From an uncultured delta proteobacterium (GTDB lineage Bacteria; Myxococcota; B64-G9): 64,000 nt of DNA. The position numbers and the translations under genes are program-made. Below are positions 32,135-42,594 of this stretch, piece after piece. The stretch spans positions 288,001 to 352,000 of the forward strand of contig CAVWHX010000007.1 of NCBI GenBank assembly GCA_963754925.1, written 5' to 3'. The notes beneath the pieces are model-generated. The model was not told the DNA's origin and did not search any database. It saw nothing but the letters and a program-made list of their open reading frames with translations. Numbering within the stretch: the first letter of the stretch is position 1; each line of letters starts with the position of its first letter.

Positions 32135-32266
32135 ATAGATATCCTACGTCTTGACAGATCGCCATTAATGTTGTCATTTTGCGAAGATGTTAAACACAAT
32201 CTCGATTTGTTACCATGGATAATCGGAGAAGTCGTTAATTCAAGACACCGCCTTTGGAGAAAAACT

Positions 32267-32830
32267 ATGACCGAGATTATCAAGTTGTCGGTGGTGTTGT
32301 TGGCCTGCATGCACTGGCTGGCTTCGACACCGATCAACGCAGCACAAAAACCTCACCAGGCCAACTCAGACGAATCAGTGGAAACCGTTCAAGAAGTCAA
32401 GGAAGTGATCGGCGCAAACACGATTCCTGCCAATTGGCCAGTCCATGCAGCCGTTATGTCGTTTACCACCATCCTGCTTATTATCGGCATGTTCATCGCC
32501 CGTAACAAATCGCAGGACCGTTTTTGGTTGCCCAAACACCAAACGCTCGGTGTGGTAAGCCCATTTCTGATGTTGATGGGATTTGGGTCGGTTTCTTACA
32601 TGCTGTTAGTCGAACAGCAACCACACTTCGAGATCCCCCACGCGTGGTATGGACTGACGGTTACGGTTTTAACTTTCCTGGTCCCCACGTTGGGTTTTGT
32701 TATGATGAAAAAACCGGGATCCAAAATCCCCTTGAGGAAGATACACGTTTGGATTGGTAGGTTAACTATTCTGGGTATGCTCGGGGTTATAGTATCCGGT
32801 CTCTTTGCCGCAGGGTTGTTTATGTCTTAA
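32267..32830 (+). CDS. Four-TM cytochrome b561-like membrane protein
   Basis: Four His at helix starts (VHAAVM, KHQTLG, PHAWYG, IHVWIGR) in b561 spacing; signal peptide. Confidence 0.6.
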   Translation: MTEIIKLSVVLLACMHWLASTPINAAQKPHQANSDESVETVQEVKEVIGANTIPANWPVHAAVMSFTTILLIIGMFIARNKSQDRFWLPKHQTLGVVSPFLMLMGFGSVSYMLLVEQQPHFEIPHAWYGLTVTVLTFLVPTLGFVMMKKPGSKIPLRKIHVWIGRLTILGMLGVIVSGLFAAGLFMS

Positions 32831-32874
32831 CCAATGTCCCCGCCGGGCGTCACCATTTTTCATGAACCACCGAT

Positions 32875-33678
32875 CTACGGGGCGATTTCACGAACGCTTC
32901 CCTTTTTGTAGAGCAGGCCGTTGGTGCTGACCCCGTCGCTGCGGAAGTAGACGGTTATGTTGGGTTTGTGAGTCTCGGAGCCCAATCGGTCGGGAGCGGC
33001 GGTAAGTTTCATCGCTGGATCGATACCGGTCGCGCACGGCGTCATGCCCGTCCCAAAGAAGGTGCCGTCGTCGAAAACTTCGTTGATCTGAATCCAATTT
33101 CCGCCGTTTAGTCCATCGGTTTCGTCGATGTACAGCTCTTGCTTCACATTGCCGTCCGGTAGGTCATAGACCGCGTGTTTATATCCAATCCAAACGTTTT
33201 TCGGCAACCCGCCGGTCCAATAGGTCTTGTTGCCCGTGGTGGTCGAGTCCGGATGTCTTGTTTCTTTCTCGAAGTCGATGTGTCCGTCCTGACGCATGCG
33301 AGCGTTGAGGCCACGTGTGTCGCACAAGTTGACCTCTTCATTGCCGATGGTGCCGTGGTTGGTGCGCGCCAGCCCCGCCATGCCCGCCCAGGCGTGCGCG
33401 TTGTCGTCAGCCACGCGCATGAAGTACATGGTCATCTCGACGTTACGCCACTGATCGACATGCGCAGGGTCGTGCACGTACATGCGCGGAACACTGCCGC
33501 TGATTTTGAGCACTCCCATTCCATCGGTCGAATAACTTCCGCTGCCGTGATCGGCGTCGAACCAGCTGTCGTTGGGGTCGATGCCCGTGAAGTTTCTGGC
33601 TATCCCGTTATCCCATTTTGAGAACCATTCCTTGCCGCCGGAGATGGTCGGGTAAAGCTCCTTGATGCCGAAACGATC
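32875..33678 (-). repeat. Copy 1 of 804-bp inverted duplication (partner 46287-47090)
   Basis: 33216-33678 is the reverse complement of 46287-46749 with one mismatch seen (AAC/GAC); the remainder is diverged but colinear and the same length. Confidence 0.93.
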
Positions 33679-34650
33679 GGTACCTGCCGCCGGCGGAGGA
33701 TTATCAGTCGGTGGAGAATTGCCGGTCGGCGGAGGATTGTCGGTCGGCGGAGGATTAGGAGGCGTATCAGAGGAAGCGGCAACGCTGAGCTCGGTGATAC
33801 TGGCCCAGAGATTTTCCGAGTTGCCATTGCACGTAACTCGAACGTAGCGGGCTTGTTGTAAAGCAAACGAATATTTCTCGATCGCCGTTGTCTTACCGCT
33901 GCTCGTGCCCGAGTAGACCGTGTTGAAAACGCTTCCATCGAGAGAGGTGGAAATAACGAATTTAGTTGTTCGCGTGTTTCCGGCATACCAAGCAATTCCA
34001 ACCTCAGAGACAGAGGTCGGGGTGCCAAGATCGAGCGTTATGTTAGCACCGACACCGTAACCGGACCAACGAGTCGAGAGGTTTCCATCCAGGACGTTTG
34101 CAGGGACGTTGCCGTCGTCAGTGCTCGCATAAACAGTGATACCACTTGATCCCGTGGAAGCGTACAGGCGAAGCTCTGCAATACTGGCCCAGAGATTATC
34201 CGAATTTCCATTTACCGTTATCCGAACATAGCGACCCTGCTGTACCACAAATGAATAATTCTCGATCGCCGTTGTGTGACCGCTGCTCTTGCCTGTATAA
34301 AGGGTGTTGAAATTGCTTCCATCGACAGATAATGAGATGGTGAAACTGTTTGTTCTTTTATTTCCGTTATACCAAGCAATTCCAACTCCACAGACAGAAG
34401 TCGGCGCACCGAGATCAGCCGTCATATTGGCGCCGGCGCCGTATCCAGACCAGCGGGTCGATAAATTTCCATCCAGGACGTTTGAAGGAACATTACCATC
34501 GTTAGTGCTGGCAGAAACAGAAGCAATATTAGTACGTTGGCAAGTAGAAGAAAGGAAATCGCTATCTTGATTTTTCAAATTGGAACCACAACCTGCGACA
34601 ATCCAGATGAACGAAACATACCCCAAAGATCGCAAAACTTTCGACGTCAT
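32875..34650 (-). CDS. Lipoprotein with two discoidin/CBM32 domains, Pro-rich linker and ~267-aa C-terminal domain of unknown function
   Basis: Lipobox VAGC; two copies of [40 protein letters not shown]; linker PPTDNP repeats; C-terminal [10 protein letters not shown]...VREIAP shared with 45324..47090. Confidence 0.85.
   Translation of the reverse strand: MTSKVLRSLGYVSFIWIVAGCGSNLKNQDSDFLSSTCQRTNIASVSASTNDGNVPSNVLDGNLSTRWSGYGAGANMTADLGAPTSVCGVGIAWYNGNKRTNSFTISLSVDGSNFNTLYTGKSSGHTTAIENYSFVVQQGRYVRITVNGNSDNLWASIAELRLYASTGSSGITVYASTDDGNVPANVLDGNLSTRWSGYGVGANITLDLGTPTSVSEVGIAWYAGNTRTTKFVISTSLDGSVFNTVYSGTSSGKTTAIEKYSFALQQARYVRVTCNGNSENLWASITELSVAASSDTPPNPPPTDNPPPTGNSPPTDNPPPAAGTDRFGIKELYPTISGGKEWFSKWDNGIARNFTGIDPNDSWFDADHGSGSYSTDGMGVLKISGSVPRMYVHDPAHVDQWRNVEMTMYFMRVADDNAHAWAGMAGLARTNHGTIGNEEVNLCDTRGLNARMRQDGHIDFEKETRHPDSTTTGNKTYWTGGLPKNVWIGYKHAVYDLPDGNVKQELYIDETDGLNGGNWIQINEVFDDGTFFGTGMTPCATGIDPAMKLTAAPDRLGSETHKPNITVYFRSDGVSTNGLLYKKGSVREIAP
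33690..33762 (-). repeat. Imperfect 18-bp tandem coding repeat ([12 protein letters not shown] linker)
   Basis: CCGCCGACCGACAATCCT-type units on the minus strand. Confidence 0.7.
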
Positions 34651-34760
34651 TGTCTACCTCCTCTTGGTTTTCTTGCGGTTTACATTATAAAATTCCCTCC
34701 GTTCATGGTTTAATGCCACCGATCCATAAGCATCGCCATAGCGGATCAGTAACCATAATA

Positions 34761-34782
34761 CCCCATAACTAAATAATATTAT
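34761..34782 (-). promoter_or_regulatory. Conserved upstream motif ATAATATTATTTAGTTATGGGG
   Basis: One mismatch to 7481-7502, at essentially the same distance from the start codon. Confidence 0.65.
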
Positions 34783-34996
34783 TGCTATCTTATCTGATAA
34801 AACATTGCTTCTATGCTGCAGCCTGATTAGAATATTCTAAAGTAATAAAAATTGTAAAGAATCATTTATTCCTAGGTTTACTTAATCAGCATCAAAGTAG
34901 CGATTCACAACCACCAACATATCAATAACTGGTTAGTATTATTACTATCTTATCTAAGATAACCTAACTTCTATGCTGCAGCGGAAGTAGAATATT
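34777..34996 (+). repeat. Imperfect ~60-bp direct repeat at exactly 160-bp spacing in an AT-rich upstream region
   Basis: 34777-34836 TATTATTGCTATCTTATCT..CTTCTATGCTGCAGC..TAGAATATT versus 34937-34996 TATTATTACTATCTTATCT..CTTCTATGCTGCAGC..TAGAATATT. Confidence 0.75.
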
Positions 34997-35293
34997 ATAT
35001 TTTCAAAAAAACTGTCAAGGATATTTTTTATTTGGAACGTTGAGAAGGTGGGGCACCATGGAATGCAAACCGATGGATCCAGGCGAGGTGAGCTGCCATC
35101 ATTCACTTGATCGTTGTTGTTCGGGTACTTGGTGTGGTTGTAGTGAAAAAGCCCGGATCGGAGATTCCCTTGACGACTATGCATGTGCGGTTCGAAAGAC
35201 TAACCGCTACCGCCATGATAGGGATCGAAAAATCCGGGCTTTTTCTCGCTGGGCTCTTCGCATCATAGCGAAGGAACCAACCATGAGCGAGTT

Positions 35294-35677
35294 TTACTGG
35301 TTCTTGATTGAAACCAACGAGTACGTATTGTCCGCTTTCTTCTTGGCGGTTACGATTACTTGTAGTTTCGAATCTTTTTTCTCCAAAAACGATATGATCT
35401 TTTTGTCGCTCGCCTTGTCGAACTTCAGAACCGTACCGTCTTCTTGGTAGAGATTCATTCCGCTTTTCCGACATTCCGGCTTCAAGACACACTCCTTGGT
35501 GTGTGTTGGCACAAATTCCTTGAGCGCTGCCGGGTCTTGATGCGCGCCGAGACACATGCCGTCTATGATATCGCCACGATACTCCATTGCTTTCGGTTCT
35601 GCAGCCATTACGTTCGCCGCGAGCCCAAGTGCTCCCAGAATCAGAAACGCAGAAATTAAATATTTCTTCGATTTCAT
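35294..35677 (-). CDS. Secreted small Cys/His-containing hypothetical protein
   Basis: Signal peptide MKSKKYLISAFLILGALGLAANVMA; GDIIDGMC..HTKECVLKPEC..SG; RBS GAGGAGGAG. An in-frame upstream ATG with RBS also exists at 35770. Confidence 0.75.
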   Translation of the reverse strand: MKSKKYLISAFLILGALGLAANVMAAEPKAMEYRGDIIDGMCLGAHQDPAALKEFVPTHTKECVLKPECRKSGMNLYQEDGTVLKFDKASDKKIISFLEKKDSKLQVIVTAKKKADNTYSLVSIKNQ

Positions 35678-35809
35678 GTTCTCCTCCTCGTTTGATTGCT
35701 TCAGTTTTACTTTGTTTAATTGACTCACGTCGTTCTGATTAACCGTACTTTGAAATTTTGCCTGTGGCATCGACCTCCTGTTCCATCTATAAATGTTCAG
35801 ATAAAAACA

Positions 35810-35826
35810 AGCACGAAGTATGCCGA
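35810..35826 (-). promoter_or_regulatory. Sigma-54 (-24/-12) promoter
   Basis: TCGGCATACTTCGTGCT = GG-N10-GC, upstream of the 35770/35677 gene. Confidence 0.55.
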
Positions 35827-36059
35827 CGTAAAAAACTATAATTGGTAACGGTTTTATTAATACTTAACCGAAGATATTTAGCGAAAAACACCCAAAATGA
35901 ACAGCCAGTTTCGAGCTGATGACTCAAAAGTAGCCAATCGATTTAATATCTCCAGAGTCGTTTGGAGTCGCTGACCGACCTTGTGAACGAATGAAGGATT
36001 AAAGAATCTAGGCGTAATATCAAGTGATTATGCCCATGTGATTCCAGATATATCAGATT

Positions 36060-36076
36060 TTGGCATCACTATTGCT
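36060..36076 (+). promoter_or_regulatory. Sigma-54 (-24/-12) promoter
   Basis: TTGGCATCACTATTGCT closely matches TGGCA-N7-TTGC, upstream of the cupredoxin gene. Confidence 0.7.
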
Positions 36077-36171
36077 ATGAGTAAGTTGTCGTTAAAGATA
36101 ACCGGAGAAGCATACGCCGGTGAAAAGCGGTTTTGTAACGAGAAGTAGAACTTTTTACATGCGATGCTGAA

Positions 36172-36585
36172 ATGAATCTACGAGAACAAATAAAAGAGTA
36201 TCGAATAGACTTCGCGCCAAACTTATCGATGCGACTGGTTGGTGTATTGGTTGCGGCAGCCTTCCTGGTAAGCTGTGGTTATTCCAATGGAACCTCTGGC
36301 TGCACCGCCAGAAATGCGGTTGCCACTACGTCTGTGACCGTGAAAGATTTCAGCTTCGATCCATCATGTATCAAGATCGCAGCGGGTGACACGGTGACCA
36401 AGACGAACACCGGTATGCCGACGCATACAGTCACCAGTGATACCGGTGCGCCCGAAACCTTCGACTCGGGATCGCTCGGGACTGGCGGAACATTTCAACA
36501 CACGTTTACGGCGGCAGAAACCGTCAAATACCACTGTAAGGTTCACGTGAACATTGGAATGCCGGGAACGGTAATCACTCAGTAA
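36172..36585 (+). CDS. Plastocyanin/amicyanin-like cupredoxin lipoprotein (start may be 36229)
   Basis: LVSC lipobox; FSFDP..I.AGDTV, PTHTVTS, YHCKVH...M type-1 copper ligands. Confidence 0.88.
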   Translation: MNLREQIKEYRIDFAPNLSMRLVGVLVAAAFLVSCGYSNGTSGCTARNAVATTSVTVKDFSFDPSCIKIAAGDTVTKTNTGMPTHTVTSDTGAPETFDSGSLGTGGTFQHTFTAAETVKYHCKVHVNIGMPGTVITQ

Positions 36586-36612
36586 TCATTATTAACCAGG
36601 GAGGTACATACT

Positions 36613-37008
36613 ATGAATTTATCCATACAGCCAAGAAAATCGGCAATGCCTCATGGGAATGAATCGCTAATGCCTCATGGGAATAACAGGACGAATCAGC
36701 AGGATGTTACCAAACTGGTTACGTTTGATTCCGAAGACAGAGAATATGTTTTTCATCTGGTCGAGGATCTCAACCGAGATTCAACGCGAGAACAACTTTT
36801 GCAGGTTCAGGACAGGGTGCTTAATTATCTTGAATATGCATTCTCCGGCGACATGGCGCGGGACTTTCCAGATTCCATGCTCAGCCCGTTTCGATTTCAG
36901 TTGTACTGCTTCGAGCGTCCTCGAGGGCTTGCAAAGGTCATGATCGAAGATACGGCTAACAGATTAAAGAACCTGGGAATTAGTTTCAGGGTAACGATTT
37001 TCGAATAA
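36613..37008 (+). CDS. Hypothetical protein (DUF6572-like) with duplicated N-terminal MPHGN
   Basis: RBS GGAGG; LLQVQDRVLNYLEYAFSG..DFP pattern; AATGCCTCATGGGAAT repeated at 36645 and 36669. Confidence 0.55.
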   Translation: MNLSIQPRKSAMPHGNESLMPHGNNRTNQQDVTKLVTFDSEDREYVFHLVEDLNRDSTREQLLQVQDRVLNYLEYAFSGDMARDFPDSMLSPFRFQLYCFERPRGLAKVMIEDTANRLKNLGISFRVTIFE

Positions 37009-37181
37009 CGGAAAGGTCGTTTTGGTGCTCAACATAAAAGGTACTCAACATAAAAAAGGAGTCGAAATAAAAACTCGGGCAGATTCGAGCGCCTGAGTTC
37101 GAATAAGTTTTAGGAATGTAATAACGCTTTTTTAGGCATCTTAAAATCACGGATTTTGAAAACGACACCAAGGAGTGAGTC

Positions 37182-38443
37182 GTGATGGATATTCCTATCT
37201 ACCTTTTGATATTAGTGGTTTTTTTCAACCGCTACATTCTTGGACTCTATCTCAAGAAAGTCCGACGATGGATTTTTGACGATAAAGTGTCCGATTACGA
37301 ACCAACCGTAACCATGGTGACCCCTCTTTTCAATGAGGGCCGCGGGATCCTCGATACGATTCGTAGCTTATTGCAGCAAGACTACCCGCCTGAGAAGCTG
37401 CGGGTGATGGTGGGGGATGACTGCTCCACGGATGACAGCTATCAATGGGCGCTGCAGGCGCAAGCCGAGAACCCCGAACGGGTCCGCGTGATCCGCAATC
37501 CGTACAACATGGGAAAACGATTGACCATCACTCAAATGGTCCGCGCCAGCGATTCCGAGATCATCGTCTCGGTCGACTCGGATGTGGTGGTGGATCGGCA
37601 GGCGGTGCGTCGGCTGGTGGAGCGTTTTACGGAACCAGATATCGCAGCGGTGGGAGGCCGTGTCCTCGTTTCTAATGCGCACGAAAACTGGCTTACCCGT
37701 ATGCAGGCGGTCAAGTATCATATCGGCTATGACTTTCTCAAGAACCTCGAGCGCTCCTTCCGTTCGGTGATGTGTCTGTCGGGCTGCCTCTCTGCTTTTC
37801 GCCGCAGCGTTTTGATCGAACTCGAGCCGATTTTGAAGAATCGCACGATCTTCGGCGTGCCTATTACGTACGGCGAAGATCGTTTTCTGACTCGGCAAAT
37901 CGTGAAAGCCGGTTACCGAACCGTCTCCACCATGGATGCGCTCTGTTTTACGATAGCGCCGAATACGATCTCCAAATACTTTTCCCAGCAACTTCGCTGG
38001 AGGCGCTCCAACATCGTGGATTTCATCGGCGGGATCTCCCACGCCTGGAGACTCCATCCGCTGATATGCGTCCACTATTTGTCGATGGGAGCGGTGCTGC
38101 TCTCCTATCCGCTGATGGTCGTCGAGAAGCTTATCAACGAGTCATTTTGGGAACTGGGAGTATTCCACGTATTGGTCCTCGGAGGCATAGCGAGCGTCTA
38201 CACCGTGCGTCGATCGATCATCCCTAAGCAGTACCAGGTCCATCCAATATGGTTTCTCTTTCTATGGCGGTGATGATGCCGGTCACCTATGTACTCCTGA
38301 CGCCGCTCGCCCTGTTCACCCTTGATTCCAGCAACTGGGAAACCCGCAGCCACCAGGCGGCCAGGCCGTTGGCGCCGGCTCGTATTTTGCTGACAGCGGC
38401 TCCGGTTTCCGGCCGTTCGTTGGGTAAGGCAAAAGCCGCTTGA
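37182..38443 (+). CDS. Processive GT2 polysaccharide synthase (hyaluronan synthase/NodC-like), apparent 1-base frameshift at ~38253-38264
   Basis: PLFNEG, DDCSTD, NMGKR, VDSD, CLSGCLSAFR, GEDRFLT, QQLRW (D,D,D,QxxRW). The shifted tail PLALFTLDSSNWETR matches the HAS/NodC LFTL..WxTR ending. Confidence 0.85.
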
Positions 38444-38463
38444 TTCGGCATAGGAGCAACAAC

Positions 38464-39579
38464 ATGCAGTTAATCAACATCAACGTCGCCTTACTCAATA
38501 AGCTGATCGTCTCTCTCTACAAGACGGTTGGGTTCGCCGTCCTGACGGTGATTTTATTAGGCCTCGTTGGATACATCGGACTTAACATATCTTCTTCGTG
38601 AACCACAGCTGGATCACGCCGACCATCATCTCACGAGCCGACGAGCGGGTGCTGGCGCTCAACGCGCAGGAGGCCGAACAAGCAAGCCAACGGGACAAGC
38701 TGATCGCGCAACGCATAGAGTTACTCGGTCAGCTTGAGGAAGACAATCGCCTTATCACCACCGACGAGGCATTCCAAGCTAGTTTCCGCTTGGCGGTTAA
38801 AGATGGACTTGGCGGCCGCTGTGAACGAGCTTGAGAAACTCAACGGTCTCAAGGCACAGTATGTTCGCTCAAAGGACGAAATCGAACGGGAGAGCCGCAA
38901 GTATGCCACGGTATCCAGCCAGCAGGCTCGGGAACTCTACGACGCTCACCTGCTCGACCAGGATGAGTACACCGCGGTAAACTACCATCTTGCTGAGATC
39001 CTCCATTCTAATCTCTCATTGGAGGAAAACCAGGTTGCACTTTACAATCGCATGGCCGAGGTGCAGCGCAATATTGCTTCATTAAAACTGATTCAGACCG
39101 CGCTGGAGAATGGAACCCCGCTGCCGCCAACTGGCGATCTTAGTTACCAGGTTCTTCACATCAAGGAGGACCACACGCACTCGATAACCGAGCTTGCCAA
39201 CGCGCGCAATACCCGCGACGTCCATGTACAGAATCTGTCGGCCCTTGACGTTTCAATCGACCGCTATGATCGGATTCTAAAAGAAATTCATAATTCACCC
39301 TATTTGAAAGCGGTCGACGAAAATCTCAATATCGCTTTTGTTCCCTATGACAACGTACAGGGAGTGCGCCCCAATGTTTCGGTGTACGAGTGCCGGCTCG
39401 GCCTCGTCTTTTGTCGAAAGGCCGGGAAAGTAGTCGAAACGCTTGAAGGCGAGGTTCAGGGCCGCCACCCTCTCCACGCGAGTTATGAACGCGGCTTGAT
39501 GGTGCGCCTGGATCTTAAAAGCCCGCAAACGGCGAAAGAAAGCATTCTTTTTCTCAGCCGACCTCCGCTCCTCTTTTAG
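38464..39579 (+). CDS. Membrane-anchored coiled-coil protein (MFP/adaptor-like), apparent frameshifts at ~38590 and ~38799
   Basis: RBS AGGAG and ATG 38464 give MQLININ..KTVGFAVLTVILLGLVGYIGLNI (TM), which joins ORFs 38598..38834 and 38734..39579 (long heptad helices, then beta-rich AFVPYDN..GKVVETLEGEV). About 370 aa when joined. Confidence 0.65.
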
Positions 39580-39625
39580 CGATTAATTACGAGAGCGGGA
39601 ACGGCTATGAAGGGAAGGTATTGAA

Positions 39626-41782
39626 ATGACGAGCACGAATAAAAGCAATGATAGACCAAATCTTGGGCACCTTGCGACACTTGCGGTGGTACTTACCTTT
39701 ATCGCGCCGTTGGCCGCATACGGCCAGACGGTGGTAAGCCTGACGTTTGACGACGAAACCGAGGATCAATTTCAAGCGCTGGATATCCTGACGGCTCATG
39801 GCATGCATGCCACCTTCTTAATAAACAGCGGCCGGATCGGCCTCAGCGGCTATTTTACCCTGGCTCAGGTGCAGCAAGTGGCACAAGCCGGCAACGAAAT
39901 CGCCGGGCACACGGTCAGTCACCCCGATCTACCCACCCTCGTTGACGACGAGCAGAAGCGCCAGATTTGCGACGATCGTGTGGCCCTCTCGAACCTCGGC
40001 TTTTCGGTCCGCAATTTCGCCTATCCCTTCGGCGACACCGACCCTGTCACCGAGCAGATTGTCGCTCAGTGCGGGTATAACTCGGCACGCGGTATCGGCG
40101 ATATTCTATCGCCGGGAAGTTGTTCTGGTTGTCCCTTAGCCGAAACCATTCCACCGGGCGACCTCTATCACACGAAAACGCCCGACTCCGTGAAAAACTG
40201 GATGACCCTCAATGACTTGGAAACCTATGTTACACAGGCGGAACAGAACGGCGGCGGCTGGGTGCAGATTGTCTTCCACCACGTATGCGACAGCTGTGGC
40301 ACCGACTACTCGGTCTCCGCCGCGACGCTCACTTCGTTTCTCGACTGGTTGCAGCCGCGTAGCGCCTCGGGGACGGTGGTCAAGACCATCGGAGATGTTA
40401 TCGGTGGCCCGGTGCAACCGCTCGTGAATGGGCCGCCGCCGCCACCACCGTTAGCGGGTGGAAACTTGCTCACAAACCCTTCTATGGAGCTTGATGTCAA
40501 CCCTGCGGACGGGATTCCCGATTGCTGGCAGTTGAGCAGTTTCGGCACAAACACCGGTTCTTTTGCGCGGACCAACGATGCCGAAGATGGCGCCTGGGCG
40601 GAACAAATGCAGATTACCAGTTTCACCTCGGGCGGCCGGCGGATCCTCTCGACCCAGGACTTGGGAGCCTGCGCTCCAACGGCCTATCCCGGACACAGCT
40701 ACCAGGCCACCGGTTGGTATAAGGCGACCGGCACCCAACAACGTTTTGTCGCCTTTTACCGCAACGCCGCCGGCGGATGGGTCTGGTGGGCGCAAAGTCC
40801 GCTGCTTCCGACCTCCGCAACATACACCCAAGGAACGTGGACCGTGCCTGCCCTGCCAACCGGGGCGACCGCCATCAGTATTTCGCTCAGTCTCTACGGC
40901 GTCGGATCCGTCACCGCGGATAACTTCTCTCTGACCGACACCGACACCACGCCTCCCACGGTAACGATCACATCGCCGCTCAACGGAGCCATTGTTACCG
41001 GAACGGTGACGCTCTCAGCCAGCGCCAGCGACGCCGGCGGCATCGCTGACGTCGATTTTCTCATCAATGGCACGGCGGTAGGCTCGATATCGCAACCACC
41101 CTACACGATGCCCTGGGACACCACCACGGTGACAAACCCGAACACTGCGATCACGGCAAGCGCCATTGACCTGGCGGGTAACGAGGCTCAGAGTTCGATC
41201 ATGGTGACGGTAGGCAACCCACCACCGCCCGACACGACGCCTCCCGTGACGACCATCGCGTGCAATGGAACGACCTGCGGCAGCGGTTGGTACAATAAAC
41301 CCGTGACCGTGACGCTCTCCGCAATCGATCTGCAGTCCGGAGTCGCCGCGACCCGCTATACGTTGGACGGCTCGGCGCCCACGGCGAACAGCCTGCTCTA
41401 TGCTAGTCCATTCTCGCTGTCGCAGACGGCCACCCTGGGCTTTGCCTCCTGGGATGTGGCCGGTAATGCAGAAACTCCACATTTCCAGACCATACAGATA
41501 GACACGGTTAGCCCAACCAACGTGACGGTGGTGGCTCCGGCTAACGGAGCTCAAGTCACCGGAACAACCACGATTATCGGGAGTGCCACCGATAATGTCG
41601 GTGTGTATCGTATGCGCTTCTTCCTCGACGGGAAACAGCTCGGCACCCGCACCACGACGCCGTTACAATGGCACTGGGATACTACCACGACGACCAAGGG
41701 ATCTCACACGATCTATGTCGAGGCGGACGATGCAGCCGGCAACTCGGCGGTATCGCCGTCCATCAGTGTCGTCGTGTACTGA
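39626..41782 (+). CDS. Secreted polysaccharide deacetylase (CE4/NodB) with CBM4_9-like, Big_7 and chitobiase-C/Fn3-like domains
   Basis: SLTFDD, EIAGHTVSHP, FAYPFG, IVFHH; NLLTNPSME..; DTTPPTVTITSPLNGA..; TRYTLDGSAPT; two Ig-like modules. Confidence 0.88.
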   Translation: MTSTNKSNDRPNLGHLATLAVVLTFIAPLAAYGQTVVSLTFDDETEDQFQALDILTAHGMHATFLINSGRIGLSGYFTLAQVQQVAQAGNEIAGHTVSHPDLPTLVDDEQKRQICDDRVALSNLGFSVRNFAYPFGDTDPVTEQIVAQCGYNSARGIGDILSPGSCSGCPLAETIPPGDLYHTKTPDSVKNWMTLNDLETYVTQAEQNGGGWVQIVFHHVCDSCGTDYSVSAATLTSFLDWLQPRSASGTVVKTIGDVIGGPVQPLVNGPPPPPPLAGGNLLTNPSMELDVNPADGIPDCWQLSSFGTNTGSFARTNDAEDGAWAEQMQITSFTSGGRRILSTQDLGACAPTAYPGHSYQATGWYKATGTQQRFVAFYRNAAGGWVWWAQSPLLPTSATYTQGTWTVPALPTGATAISISLSLYGVGSVTADNFSLTDTDTTPPTVTITSPLNGAIVTGTVTLSASASDAGGIADVDFLINGTAVGSISQPPYTMPWDTTTVTNPNTAITASAIDLAGNEAQSSIMVTVGNPPPPDTTPPVTTIACNGTTCGSGWYNKPVTVTLSAIDLQSGVAATRYTLDGSAPTANSLLYASPFSLSQTATLGFASWDVAGNAETPHFQTIQIDTVSPTNVTVVAPANGAQVTGTTTIIGSATDNVGVYRMRFFLDGKQLGTRTTTPLQWHWDTTTTTKGSHTIYVEADDAAGNSAVSPSISVVVY

Positions 41783-41801
41783 GCCACAAGGAGAACAGGC
41801 A

Positions 41802-42533
41802 GTGTCCCTCGGTTCAATAGTTACTCTCGTCGGAGCGGTCGTGGCCTGGAGCGCGGGGATCATCTTTGATCGATCCACGGCCGCGGCCGCTGAGGTGGCG
41901 TTCCGGCCGGTTGCCGCCGCCGATCTCTGTGTGACCAGCGGATCCATAGAATCCCTGCCTTCGGGACAACTCCGGATTGACGCACCCTCAGTGCGGGCAG
42001 TGATGTACGGGCAAAACTCTCGGGCAGCGGAGCTCACCTTCTCCTATCGGGGACCGACCAGTAAAACGATCCACCTGTCGTCAGGCCTGCAGCGCCGTCA
42101 GCTCGGGCTTAAGCTACGGGCGCAGAACGGCTGCAATCTGGTGTATGTCATGTGGCGTATCATTCCCGAGCAAAAAGTGACGGTACAGGTTAAGTACAAT
42201 CCTGGTCTCAAAAGATATGCGGAATGCACAAACGGGGGCTACCGCATCGTGAAACCGGCCAAGTCTTGGCCGGTCCCGATGCTAACCGAAGGCAGCAGCC
42301 ACCGGTTGCGGGCATTGCTCGATGGCGAGACCATCCGCGTAGAGGTTGACAACCAGCCTGTCTGGATAGGTGAACTGGGAAGCGATGCGATGACGTTTGA
42401 CGGCCCGATCGGCATTCGCACCGATAACGTCGCGATGGATTTCACGCTCTCGGTTGGATCACCGGCATTACCGACCGGTCAGATCTCGGCGATGACCGAT
42501 CACTGCCATTCGGTCGAATCAGGTGGTGATTAA
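41802..42533 (+). CDS. Exported beta-rich hypothetical protein
   Basis: RBS AAGGAG and GTG 41802, N-terminal hydrophobic leader; GLKLRAQNGCNLVYVMWR, HRLRALLDG..V.VDN, GPIGIRTDN resemble a concanavalin-type beta-sandwich. Confidence 0.65.
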   Translation: MSLGSIVTLVGAVVAWSAGIIFDRSTAAAAEVAFRPVAAADLCVTSGSIESLPSGQLRIDAPSVRAVMYGQNSRAAELTFSYRGPTSKTIHLSSGLQRRQLGLKLRAQNGCNLVYVMWRIIPEQKVTVQVKYNPGLKRYAECTNGGYRIVKPAKSWPVPMLTEGSSHRLRALLDGETIRVEVDNQPVWIGELGSDAMTFDGPIGIRTDNVAMDFTLSVGSPALPTGQISAMTDHCHSVESGGD

Positions 42534-42594
42534 CTCCTGGCATCGGATCGAGCTAAGGCCAAACCGGGTCGCGGATGAATGGAGATTATCAAAT

